From assembly GCA_965221775.1 (NCBI GenBank), contig CBDCSU010000005.1:160001-224000 (forward strand): 64,000 nt of DNA, given 5' to 3'. Below, piece after piece: positions 1-8,831 of this stretch. The DNA comes from Candidatus Latescibacterota bacterium (GTDB taxonomy: Bacteria; Latescibacterota; UBA2968; UBA8231). The translations under genes were made by a program, and so were the position numbers. Within the stretch, counting starts at the first letter, position 1; each line of letters begins with the position of its first letter. The notes beneath the pieces were generated by a model. It saw only the letters and a list, made by a program, of their open reading frames with translations, ran no database searches and was not told where the DNA came from.

Positions 1-1
1 G

Positions 2-1351
2 GGGATCGACCCCCAGCCACTGATCTTCAACAAGATCCGTCCCGCCGAGGACATCTTCCGCATCGCCGGCCAGTTCTCCCCGCGAGAATCCCACGTGCCC
101 TGGAAGTTCGCCGACAAGGTCGACGACCCCGACCTCAAGGCGCTCGTCGAGAACGTCCTGGACAACATCGACGTCGACCTCCGCGACGCCACCCAGACCT
201 TTGACGAACTGGCCCTCGAGCAGCGCGAAGAGCTCAGCCTGACCGAGGCGGACTACAGGGCCCTGCCCACGAAGGACAGGGGCGCGATCCGCCACGACGT
301 GACCGGCTGGAGCGAGTGGTCATCGGTCTATCCTCCCGAGGCCGTGGTCACGGCCGACGGGCTCGAGGTGGAAGGGCTCGGCGTCCCGATCGTCTCTCCC
401 AGTCCGCGGCGGTACTTCCAGGTTTCGATCGAATTCTTCAGCGATGACTTCGAATCGGCCATCGGCGTCGGCGGACTCGCCTTCGACGTGCTCACCCGGC
501 CCTTCTCCGAGGCCCTCGTCGGGGAGATCCGGCCGCGAAGGGCGGAACTCGCCGAGAAGACCCTGTTCACCTACGCGGTCCGCACCCGCTTCGAGCCGGG
601 CCGCGACCGGGGCTTTGACCGGTTGAAGATCCAGACACCCTTGCGCGTGGAGGAGGTGGGATCGGTGGAGATCCGGTGGGCCGACGGCAGCGTGGAGTCG
701 GCGGACTTCACCGGCATGCCCCTGTCGGACTCGGACCTGCCCGTGGCCCGGGGGGACTTCTCCATACTCGATGTAGAGGAGAAATCCTTCACCGTGGGGT
801 TCCCCGCCGTAGCCGAGGATGGGGCCGAGCTGCGCGTCACCTTCGACAACGCCGTGCTCCGCTTCGGCACCACCTTCTCCGGTCAGGCCCTGAGCTCGGA
901 GACCGGCGACCTGTTGGGGCAGCACCTTCTCCCCGGCAACGCCGCCGATCTGGGGGCGGGCGATGGGGACACCCTCCCGCTGGGCTCGCAGGTGGCGGGC
1001 AACCTGGCCGTGCACGTGGGGATCACAGACGACCTCCTCGTCAACGTCAAGGCCGCGCCGGCAGTGATCACACCCAACGCAGACGGGGCCAACGACCAGA
1101 CCTCGATCGGCTACGACCTGACCACCATCGGCGCGCCGACGCGGGTGGAGGTTGTCCTTCACGACCTGTCCGGCCGGCCGATCCGCCGTCTGTACTCCGG
1201 GGATGACGTGAGCGGACGCTTCGCCCTCCCCTGGGACGGCCGTGATGACGCCGGCCGGATCGTGCCGCCGGGAAACTACGTCTTCAGCGTGACGGTTGAC
1301 GCGAAGACGGGACAGGCGCGGGCCTTCGGCACCGTCGCCGTGACCTACTAG
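2..1351 (+). CDS. 5'-truncated exported protein with C-terminal FlgD-Ig / CHU_C-like (T9SS type-B-CTD-like) domain
   Basis: Frame is open from base 2 (GIDPQPLIFNK...). C-terminus ITPNADGAND...HDLSGRPIRRL...WDGRDDAGRIVPPGNY...VAVTY*. Shares WSxWS and SPSPRRYFQ motifs with 8832-10751 and 10782-13439. Confidence 0.8.
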   Translation, partial: GIDPQPLIFNKIRPAEDIFRIAGQFSPRESHVPWKFADKVDDPDLKALVENVLDNIDVDLRDATQTFDELALEQREELSLTEADYRALPTKDRGAIRHDVTGWSEWSSVYPPEAVVTADGLEVEGLGVPIVSPSPRRYFQVSIEFFSDDFESAIGVGGLAFDVLTRPFSEALVGEIRPRRAELAEKTLFTYAVRTRFEPGRDRGFDRLKIQTPLRVEEVGSVEIRWADGSVESADFTGMPLSDSDLPVARGDFSILDVEEKSFTVGFPAVAEDGAELRVTFDNAVLRFGTTFSGQALSSETGDLLGQHLLPGNAADLGAGDGDTLPLGSQVAGNLAVHVGITDDLLVNVKAAPAVITPNADGANDQTSIGYDLTTIGAPTRVEVVLHDLSGRPIRRLYSGDDVSGRFALPWDGRDDAGRIVPPGNYVFSVTVDAKTGQARAFGTVAVTY

Positions 1352-1362
1352 GAGGAGCGAGC

Positions 1363-4179
1363 TTGAGGGCAATCAGGCTTCTCGCCGTCACCGCCGCGCT
1401 GCTGTCCGGCGCCCCGGTGCTCGGCCAGCAGGACTACGGAACGCGGCTCGGCCTCCAGCGCGGGGGGGAGGTGAGCTTCGCGCCCCAGGGCTCCGGGGTG
1501 CTCTTCGGGGCCCTCGATCCTGCGATCAAGAAGTGGTACATCCCGCAGGAGCTGTACAACTATTACGGCTGGCGCCAGTGGGAGTACACCAACTACGCCC
1601 GGGAGCCCTACGAGCGCTACGTGGGAACGAACCGGGAAGGCGACTACTTCTACGACGTCTACGGCAACTTCACCACCCACGGCTGGCTCATCTACGACTG
1701 GCGGCAGTTCCAGCCCCAGTCCGAGGGCAGCGGCATCTTCCAGGCCACCCGCTTCAACTCCTGGTTCAACGCGGTCACCGTCAGCGGCGACTCCCAGGGG
1801 CAGTACTCCTACTCCATCACCGTGGGAGACCGCATCCGCACCACCCTGACTCCGATGACCTTCTCCAAGCCCGGGTTCAACGGTGTGCAGATCGATTTCT
1901 CCTCCGACAAGTACCACGCCACGGTCCTGTCGTCGCGCATCAGCGAACCGATCCAGGGCTCCTCCCAGGGCCTGGCGGGTGTCACCGCGCCGACGCGGCG
2001 GACGAATCTCACCTCCCTCTTCGGAGGCCGCGCCACCTTCCAGGTGGGCGACTTCATCCTCCTGGGCGCCACCCTGGTGAACGCCACCAACGGCAACACC
2101 GTCCTGGACATGTTCGACGGCGACCCCGTGGCCGGCAACCTGACCTCCGGGCAGAGCACGGCCCCCCTCTCGGCGATCGCCGTCGTCCTGAGCGACGACT
2201 CGCCCGAGGACGGCGAGGGAGGCGCCGCCCTCTTCAGCCACGATGTGCGCATCACGGCGAGGAACTTCGACACGGGGGCGGAGACGGTCTACACCCTGAG
2301 CGACGTGGTGCGCCCCGGCAGCCAGTGGCCCATCGTCTTCGGCGGCGCCCCGGGCTCCGGCTTCCTCGCCGCCGACGGCGAGGAGCGCATCATCCTCAAC
2401 TACGACTTCAACGACCCGGCCTTCGCCCCGCCCGCGGGAGTCGATCCCACGACGATCGTCAAGGTCGAGTTCGACTACGTCCTGGCCAATGACTACAAGG
2501 TCGAGTTGTGGTCCGACCGGCAGAGTTCCCGCCAGGGCATTCCCCAGGCGCCGCTCACCTCGGAGGTCATCGACGAGGCCCGGCCCGCCCTGCTCACCCT
2601 GCGCCGGGCCGAGGGCAACGTGGCCGACCTGACGAACCTGCAGCGCATCCGCTTCGACTACGGGCTGCCCACGGCCAACCTCGTGGGCGGCTTCACCATG
2701 GAGGGGACCGGTCTCTTCGGCCTGGACTTCTACGCGGAGTGGGACCGCAACAAGCGCTACACCCAGTATCCGAATGCCGAGGTATTCAATCTGCGGGAGC
2801 AGCACAAGATCGCGTCGGAGTCGTCCGACGCCTGGTACGTCAACCTGTCGCGGGAAGAGTACCCCTGGTTCGCCTTCGGCGAAGCCTATTCCATCGACGG
2901 CGCCTACTCGACCACGGCCTACCTGGTCAACAACGAAGGCAACACCGTCTACGACGACTCCCAGCTCTATCTCTACGAGTTCGTCGACGACAACGACGAC
3001 CAGGACCGCTCCCCGGACTGGATCCGCTTCGACTCGTCCAGGGACCGGGCCATCTACCCGGGGTGGGACCAGAACAACGACTTCATCTCCGACTTCAACC
3101 AGAACGACAACGCCTCCGCGAACAACACCATCCCCGACTACGACGAGCCCTTCCTCCGCTATCGCGTCGATCGTCCCGAGTTCCTCTTCGGCATCGACCT
3201 GAACAACAACGACTGGATCGACCGCTTCGAGGACGACGACCTGCCCGACTATCCGTACAAGCCCGACCGGCGGGGCTACAACGCCTTTGCCGGCTACCAC
3301 CTGACCCCGTGGGCACGGCTGTCCCTGGGCCGCACCGACGAGGATTCTCCCTCCTCCGACGCGGCGAACCAGACGAACTACGCCCTCTTCACCGTCGACT
3401 GGCAGCAGGCGGGCCTCGGCCGTCTGCGCCTCTTCGACATGCTCAAGCTGGCCCGTGACACGATCCCCGACGACCGCCGCGAGCCCACCCCCCATGTCCT
3501 GGCCCTCACCGTCCAGCCACTGGTGCGGGACACGCTGCCCGCCCAGGACACCTGGGTGAACTCGGCATACGGCGAGTTCACCTTCGAGGGCGTCCCCCGG
3601 CTCCAGATGGTGCACAAGCTGAAGTGGGAGACCTACCGGCAGAACAAGGAGAGCCCGCGCGACAGCGACGGCCGGCGCCTGCGGAGCGACACCGACCTCT
3701 TCGGTCTCATCAACAAGGCCGACTACACCCTCGGCCTGGGACGGTTCGACCTGCAGCCTCGGATCAAGAACGAGTACCTGAGACGCGAGGCCTTCGCCCA
3801 GCTGGAGCCACGCCGGGAGGAGTGGACCCTCACCCTGCAACTCATCGGACGCCTGCCCGTCATGCGTCACACCGTCATCGAGTCCGGCCTGGAGCAGCTC
3901 TGGTTCAGCGACCTGGTGCCGGACGAGGATGCCCTCCTCGCCGAGGCCCTTCAGCAGGAGACGGGCGACTGGCGCTCGACCAACCTCGCCTTCCAGCTGT
4001 CGACAACCTCCGACTACCTCGGATACAAGCTCACGACCCAGGTCGGCTTGCGCCTGGGGCGCATTCTCACCGAGCAGGTCGTCGAGGAGGACGATCGACC
4101 GGGTTCCTTCATTCTCGAGAACCGAGGAAGCACCGAGACGACGACCTTCATCACCGTCTACGCCGGACTCGAGAGATGA
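1363..4179 (+). CDS. Large exported protein (938 aa) with Asp-rich Ca-binding-like motifs and a probable beta-barrel C-terminus; paralogue of 5834-8821
   Basis: AGGAGG SD at 1350-1355 before TTG. Signal peptide MRAIRLLAVTAALLSGAPVLG. Motifs DDNDDQD, DQNNDFISD, DLNNNDWID. Amphipathic strands end FITVYAGLER. Confidence 0.75.
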   Translation: MRAIRLLAVTAALLSGAPVLGQQDYGTRLGLQRGGEVSFAPQGSGVLFGALDPAIKKWYIPQELYNYYGWRQWEYTNYAREPYERYVGTNREGDYFYDVYGNFTTHGWLIYDWRQFQPQSEGSGIFQATRFNSWFNAVTVSGDSQGQYSYSITVGDRIRTTLTPMTFSKPGFNGVQIDFSSDKYHATVLSSRISEPIQGSSQGLAGVTAPTRRTNLTSLFGGRATFQVGDFILLGATLVNATNGNTVLDMFDGDPVAGNLTSGQSTAPLSAIAVVLSDDSPEDGEGGAALFSHDVRITARNFDTGAETVYTLSDVVRPGSQWPIVFGGAPGSGFLAADGEERIILNYDFNDPAFAPPAGVDPTTIVKVEFDYVLANDYKVELWSDRQSSRQGIPQAPLTSEVIDEARPALLTLRRAEGNVADLTNLQRIRFDYGLPTANLVGGFTMEGTGLFGLDFYAEWDRNKRYTQYPNAEVFNLREQHKIASESSDAWYVNLSREEYPWFAFGEAYSIDGAYSTTAYLVNNEGNTVYDDSQLYLYEFVDDNDDQDRSPDWIRFDSSRDRAIYPGWDQNNDFISDFNQNDNASANNTIPDYDEPFLRYRVDRPEFLFGIDLNNNDWIDRFEDDDLPDYPYKPDRRGYNAFAGYHLTPWARLSLGRTDEDSPSSDAANQTNYALFTVDWQQAGLGRLRLFDMLKLARDTIPDDRREPTPHVLALTVQPLVRDTLPAQDTWVNSAYGEFTFEGVPRLQMVHKLKWETYRQNKESPRDSDGRRLRSDTDLFGLINKADYTLGLGRFDLQPRIKNEYLRREAFAQLEPRREEWTLTLQLIGRLPVMRHTVIESGLEQLWFSDLVPDEDALLAEALQQETGDWRSTNLAFQLSTTSDYLGYKLTTQVGLRLGRILTEQVVEEDDRPGSFILENRGSTETTTFITVYAGLER

Positions 4180-5837
4180 GACACCCGCTCCTGCCGGCGG
4201 CTGCATTCGCCCTTGTCACTTCCCTGGTTGGATGCGGCTCCGATCCAGATGAGCCCGTCCTGGCCACCGTCGCTGGAGATCCGATCACCCTCTCCGAGCT
4301 TCGCGCCTTCGCCGAGCGCATCCCGGAGGGCATGCAGGAAGGCGAGTCGCCCTACGAGAGGAGCCGCCAGCTTCTGGAGAGCCTGGTCGACAAGGAGTTG
4401 TTGCTGAGGGCCGCGCTGGACACCGGGCTCGAGTCGGACGCCGAGGTGCAGGACGATCTGGAGCAGTTCGAGCGCAGGTACCTGCGCAAGCTGCACTATC
4501 GCGATTACATCGCCCGGCGAGTGACGATCACCCCGGAGGAAGTGGAGGCGCACCATCGCGCCACCGGGCGCCACCGGGCCTTGCGGCTGGGCGCCATCAT
4601 GCTGCATGAGGAGACCCTGGCGGACTCGATTCATGCCCTCCTGAAGGCTGGAGCCGACTTCAAGGCCTTGGCGAGAGAGCACTCGGTCCACGAGCCGACG
4701 GCCCCGAAAGGGGGAGACTTCGGCACCTATCTGGTTCGGGACCAGATGCCCCCGGAGGCCGGCAAGGTTGCCCCCTACCTCCAGGTGGGAGCCTTCACCG
4801 AGCCCTTGCTCGAGCTCCTGCGCCGCGAGGGGCGGTTCTACGTGATTTACATGGTTCTCGACGAGGTGCCCTCCCCCTTGAGCGTTTCCGAGGGAGTTGT
4901 CGTCGAGGAGGTGGCCCGGCGCAAGCGCGACGAGCGCATGCTTGAGTACCTCGACTCCCTGCGGACCGTCTACCCCGTTCGGGTGCGCGGTGCCACGGTG
5001 CGCCTGGTGGCGGAGCGGATCTCCGAAGCCGGGGAGGCCGGTCCCGACCTGAGCGACTCGGAGGTCGGGGAGGTGATCGCTACCTACGGCGACCGGGAGG
5101 TCTCGGTCAGCGGCTTCTTCGAGATGGCGCGCCGGGCAAAGGCGAAAGTCGGAGGGGCCGACAGCCTCGCCATCGCGCAACTGCTGAGCGACCGGATCCT
5201 CTCCGAGCTGTTCATCGAGGCCGAGATCGAGGCCTCCGGGCTGCGGGAGGACGCCGGTCTCCGGAAGGCCGTGGACCTCAAGCGCCAGGAGGTGCTCGTC
5301 ACCGCCCTGCGGCGCCGCGAGGTGACCCGGCACGTCCGCGCCTCCGACGAGGAGGCCCGCCGGTTCTACGACGAGAATCCGGACCAGTTCACCCGGCCGG
5401 AGTACACGTCCATCGTCGAGATCGTCGTCGCCTCCGACACCATGGCCATGCGTCTCCGGCGGGAGCTGGAGGCCGGCGCCGACGCCGAGGCCCTGGCGGC
5501 GGAGCACACCCTGCGCCCGGGGGCCGCCCATCACAACGGCCGGCTCAACGTCAGTGTCTTCACCCAGAGCTTCTTCCCTGTCCTGGCCGAGAAGCTTGCC
5601 GGGGTGGAGGTCGGCGCCGTGGGAGGTCCCTTCGAGGTAGCCATGGGGCATTCCGTCTTCAAGGTGCTGGAGCGGGAAGCCTACAAGGACCCCTACAACG
5701 ATGAGTCGAAGCGCCGCGCCAAGGCCTACGTGCGCATAGACAAGGCGGCACGGGGGTACTCGCAGTACGTCCGCGGGCTGCGCGAGGAATATCCCGTGCA
5801 GATCTTCGAGGACCGGCTTCGGAGGGTCGAGGGATGA
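4176..5837 (+). CDS. PrsA/SurA-like peptidyl-prolyl isomerase lipoprotein with two PpiC (parvulin) domains
   Basis: ATG at 4176 overlaps the upstream TGA (ATGA). Lipobox SLVGC. VLATVAGDPITLSEL N-domain. GADFKALAREHS...KGGDFG, plus a second degenerate PpiC (GADAEALAAEH...VGGPFEVAMGHSVFKV). The ORF-track start at 3624 is too far upstream. Confidence 0.85.
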   Translation: MRHPLLPAAAFALVTSLVGCGSDPDEPVLATVAGDPITLSELRAFAERIPEGMQEGESPYERSRQLLESLVDKELLLRAALDTGLESDAEVQDDLEQFERRYLRKLHYRDYIARRVTITPEEVEAHHRATGRHRALRLGAIMLHEETLADSIHALLKAGADFKALAREHSVHEPTAPKGGDFGTYLVRDQMPPEAGKVAPYLQVGAFTEPLLELLRREGRFYVIYMVLDEVPSPLSVSEGVVVEEVARRKRDERMLEYLDSLRTVYPVRVRGATVRLVAERISEAGEAGPDLSDSEVGEVIATYGDREVSVSGFFEMARRAKAKVGGADSLAIAQLLSDRILSELFIEAEIEASGLREDAGLRKAVDLKRQEVLVTALRRREVTRHVRASDEEARRFYDENPDQFTRPEYTSIVEIVVASDTMAMRLRRELEAGADAEALAAEHTLRPGAAHHNGRLNVSVFTQSFFPVLAEKLAGVEVGAVGGPFEVAMGHSVFKVLEREAYKDPYNDESKRRAKAYVRIDKAARGYSQYVRGLREEYPVQIFEDRLRRVEG

Positions 5838-8821
5838 GGATCAACGCCATGGATGGAGCCCGGCGGAACGGACCCGGCAGAGGTCTCCTCGTCCTCCTCC
5901 TCCTGGCGGGCACCTCGGTTGCCGCCGGCGCCCAGCTCGACTACGGCCACCTCCTCGGAGAGCAGGAGCGGGGCCCCCCCCAGTACGGCGTCACCGGGCC
6001 GAGGGTGCTCATGGAAACCCTCGACCCGACGATCAAGCGATGGTACCTGCCGCAGGAGCTCTTCCGAGAGTACGGCCGGCGCCAGTGGTCGTACACGAAC
6101 TACGCGCGCCAGCCCTACGTGCCGTACGTGGGTCATGAGCAGGAGGGCCAGTATTTCTACGACTACTACGGCAACCTCGTCACCCAGGGGTGGCTGGTCT
6201 ACGACTGGCGCCAGACCCAGGCCCGGACCCTCGACAGCAGCAGAATCACCAAGCTCGCGCGCTACGACAGCTGGTTCCACCGCCTCATCATCTCCTCCGA
6301 TGCGACAGGCGACAACAGCTACTCCCTGACCGTGGGCGACGAGATCTTCGCCAGCCTGACGCCGATGACCTTCCGCAAGGCCGGCTTCAGCGGCGTCATG
6401 ACCGACTTCGCCTCCAGCCGCCTTCGCGCCACGGGGCTCTTCGCCCGCCCCTCCCACCCGGTGGTGCTGATCTTCGGAGGAATCGCCTCCGTCCCCCAGA
6501 GCAACTACACCAACCTGACGGCCGCGCGCCTCGAGACGGATGTCACCGACTTCCTGACCCTCGGGGCGACCTTCGTCAACGCTCACAACGCGGCAGGCAT
6601 CCGTGACTCCTTCCAGGGCAACCCCTTCAGAGGGGCCCTGACCACGGGACAACTGAGCAGCCGCGTGAACCTGCTCCTCGTGCGGCTGCGGGACGACTCG
6701 CCCGAAGACGGCGAGGGCGGGCCCATCCTCTTCGACTCCGACCTGGAGATCACCACCTCCCTGTGGCACGAGGTCGACGTCGAGGGCGGGACCCGGCGCG
6801 TCCTCCGGGACACGACGATCAGCGGCCGGAGCATCGGCTTCTACCCCGCCATCGAGGGCGGAGAGGTGCGGGACGGGTTCCGCCGGGCCGACGGCCAGCA
6901 CAGCATTACCATGCACTACACCCTGGCCCCGGAGGAGGGGGAATCCGAGGCCGGGACTCTCCGGCTGCTACTGCAGAGGGCCCTTCAACTGAGCCTGGAC
7001 GAGGCGGACGAGGCCGTCACCCGGATCAGGAACGTGCGCTTCCGCCTGCGCCTGGCCAACGACTACGCCATCGAGGTCGCCTCCGACCGCCAGGCCAACC
7101 GGCACGACATCCCCCAGTTCCTCGAGGTGGCGCGGGCGGCGGGCAACGTGAAGAACCAGTTGAACCCGGAGGAGGTCGTCTTCGACTACGGCCTGCCCAC
7201 GGCGACACAGGTCGCCGGCCTGACCACGGAGATCCGCGACCTGGCGGGCTTCGACTTCTACGGCGAGTTCAACGTCAGCACGAGTGTCCGCCAGTATCCC
7301 AGCACCCTCCTCGAGAAGCACGACAGCTTCTCGGGCATCGTCGGCGACGAGCACGCCCTCGGCTTCCAGGTGAACCTCTCGAAGAAGGCCGGACCGTTGC
7401 GGCTCCTCTTCGAGGGCTTCGGCATGGACGACGCCTACTCCACGAGCATCAAGCCGGTCTCCACCCGGGGAGTCGTGGACTACTCGCCCGAGGCAACCGA
7501 GGGGATCTACGACTTCGTCGACGACAACGACGACCAGGACCGGCACCCCGATCAGGCTCGGAGGTTCCACGGTGGACTGATCCGGCCCCTTGGGACGTCG
7601 GTCAGGGGCTTCCTGGAGACCCCGTTGGGTGTCGCCGACCCGGCCGTGTTCCCGGGCTACGACGAGAACGGCGACCTCATCTCCGATTTCAACCAGAACA
7701 GCAACGGCGACCAGGACAACTACTTCCCCGACTACGAGGAGCCCTTCCTGCGCCACAGGAGCGACCGTCCGGAGTTTCTTTTCGGAATAGACCTCGACAA
7801 CAACGGCGTGGCCGAGCGCTTCGAGAACGACGATCTCCCCGACTACCCCTACAAGAAGGGCCACTGGGGTTACAACGCCCACGGCACCCTTCGCGTCAAC
7901 CCCGACCTCGAGCTCACGGCAGGCTACCTGCGCCAGAACCTGCGCAACGCCGACCGCTCCAACCACACTCCGTACGGCCTCGTCGAGTTGGTGCGGGACC
8001 ATCCGAGATGGGGACGGCTGCAGCTCTTCGACATGGTCAAGCTCGCCCGGGACACGATCGCCGACCCCATCAACTTGTGGATGATGCCCAGTCTCGACTA
8101 CGGAGCCGCCGGCCAGTCGGTGGGCGTCAGCATTCCCCGGCCCGACCCGCTGGCGGCCGAGGACACCTGGATCAACAGCTTCGCCGCCGACTGGAGCTAC
8201 GCGAGCCCACGGGGCTGGTCGATGCGGCACCGGGTCAAGTGGGACTGGTGGCGGCAGCGGAACTCGGAGCCCACCTTCGCCGTCGACGAGGAGGGCGCCG
8301 CCCTGCTGGACGAGGAAGGAGAGCCCGTGGTGCTCTTCGACCCCCTCGGACCTTCGGCCCGCAACGGCCGGGAAACCTCCGGCTTCACCGGCTTCATCAA
8401 CAAGGCGGACCTGCTCTTCCACATGGGGCGGCTGTCCCTGTCGCCGCGGATCAAGAGCGAATGGCGCAACGAGGCGCCCTTCTCCCGGGACGAGGAGCGG
8501 CGCCGATCCTGGGACGGCATCGCCTCCCTGCTTGTGCGCATGCCTTTCATGGCACACACCCACCTCGAGTTCGGACTGGAGGGGCGCAACTTCGCCGAGT
8601 TGCGGGCCGACGAAGACGAGCTTTCGCCCAGCACCCTGACCGGGGACTTCCGCGGCGTGGTGTACGCCGTTCAGTTGACCAATCGCCGGCCTTTCAAGAG
8701 CTACCTCGCCACCACCCAGGTCGGACTCCGCTTCGACCGGCGTTCCCTGGAGGTCGTCGAGGGAGACCGCGAGCAGCGCACGGCGGGGCTGGCCTTTGTC
8801 ACTGTATTCATGGGTCTCTAA
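5834..8821 (+). CDS. Large exported protein (995 aa), paralogue of 1363-4179
   Basis: ATGA overlap with the PPIase stop. Hydrophobic signal LLVLLLLAGTSVAAGA. Shared blocks WYxPQEL, QWxYTNYAR, LTPMTFxK, DDSPEDGEGG, FDYGLPTA, FVDDNDDQDR, DRPEFLFGIDL, DDLPDYPYK, INKAD, TTQVGLR. Confidence 0.75.
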   Translation: MRINAMDGARRNGPGRGLLVLLLLAGTSVAAGAQLDYGHLLGEQERGPPQYGVTGPRVLMETLDPTIKRWYLPQELFREYGRRQWSYTNYARQPYVPYVGHEQEGQYFYDYYGNLVTQGWLVYDWRQTQARTLDSSRITKLARYDSWFHRLIISSDATGDNSYSLTVGDEIFASLTPMTFRKAGFSGVMTDFASSRLRATGLFARPSHPVVLIFGGIASVPQSNYTNLTAARLETDVTDFLTLGATFVNAHNAAGIRDSFQGNPFRGALTTGQLSSRVNLLLVRLRDDSPEDGEGGPILFDSDLEITTSLWHEVDVEGGTRRVLRDTTISGRSIGFYPAIEGGEVRDGFRRADGQHSITMHYTLAPEEGESEAGTLRLLLQRALQLSLDEADEAVTRIRNVRFRLRLANDYAIEVASDRQANRHDIPQFLEVARAAGNVKNQLNPEEVVFDYGLPTATQVAGLTTEIRDLAGFDFYGEFNVSTSVRQYPSTLLEKHDSFSGIVGDEHALGFQVNLSKKAGPLRLLFEGFGMDDAYSTSIKPVSTRGVVDYSPEATEGIYDFVDDNDDQDRHPDQARRFHGGLIRPLGTSVRGFLETPLGVADPAVFPGYDENGDLISDFNQNSNGDQDNYFPDYEEPFLRHRSDRPEFLFGIDLDNNGVAERFENDDLPDYPYKKGHWGYNAHGTLRVNPDLELTAGYLRQNLRNADRSNHTPYGLVELVRDHPRWGRLQLFDMVKLARDTIADPINLWMMPSLDYGAAGQSVGVSIPRPDPLAAEDTWINSFAADWSYASPRGWSMRHRVKWDWWRQRNSEPTFAVDEEGAALLDEEGEPVVLFDPLGPSARNGRETSGFTGFINKADLLFHMGRLSLSPRIKSEWRNEAPFSRDEERRRSWDGIASLLVRMPFMAHTHLEFGLEGRNFAELRADEDELSPSTLTGDFRGVVYAVQLTNRRPFKSYLATTQVGLRFDRRSLEVVEGDREQRTAGLAFVTVFMGL

Positions 8822-8831
8822 GGACGGGATC

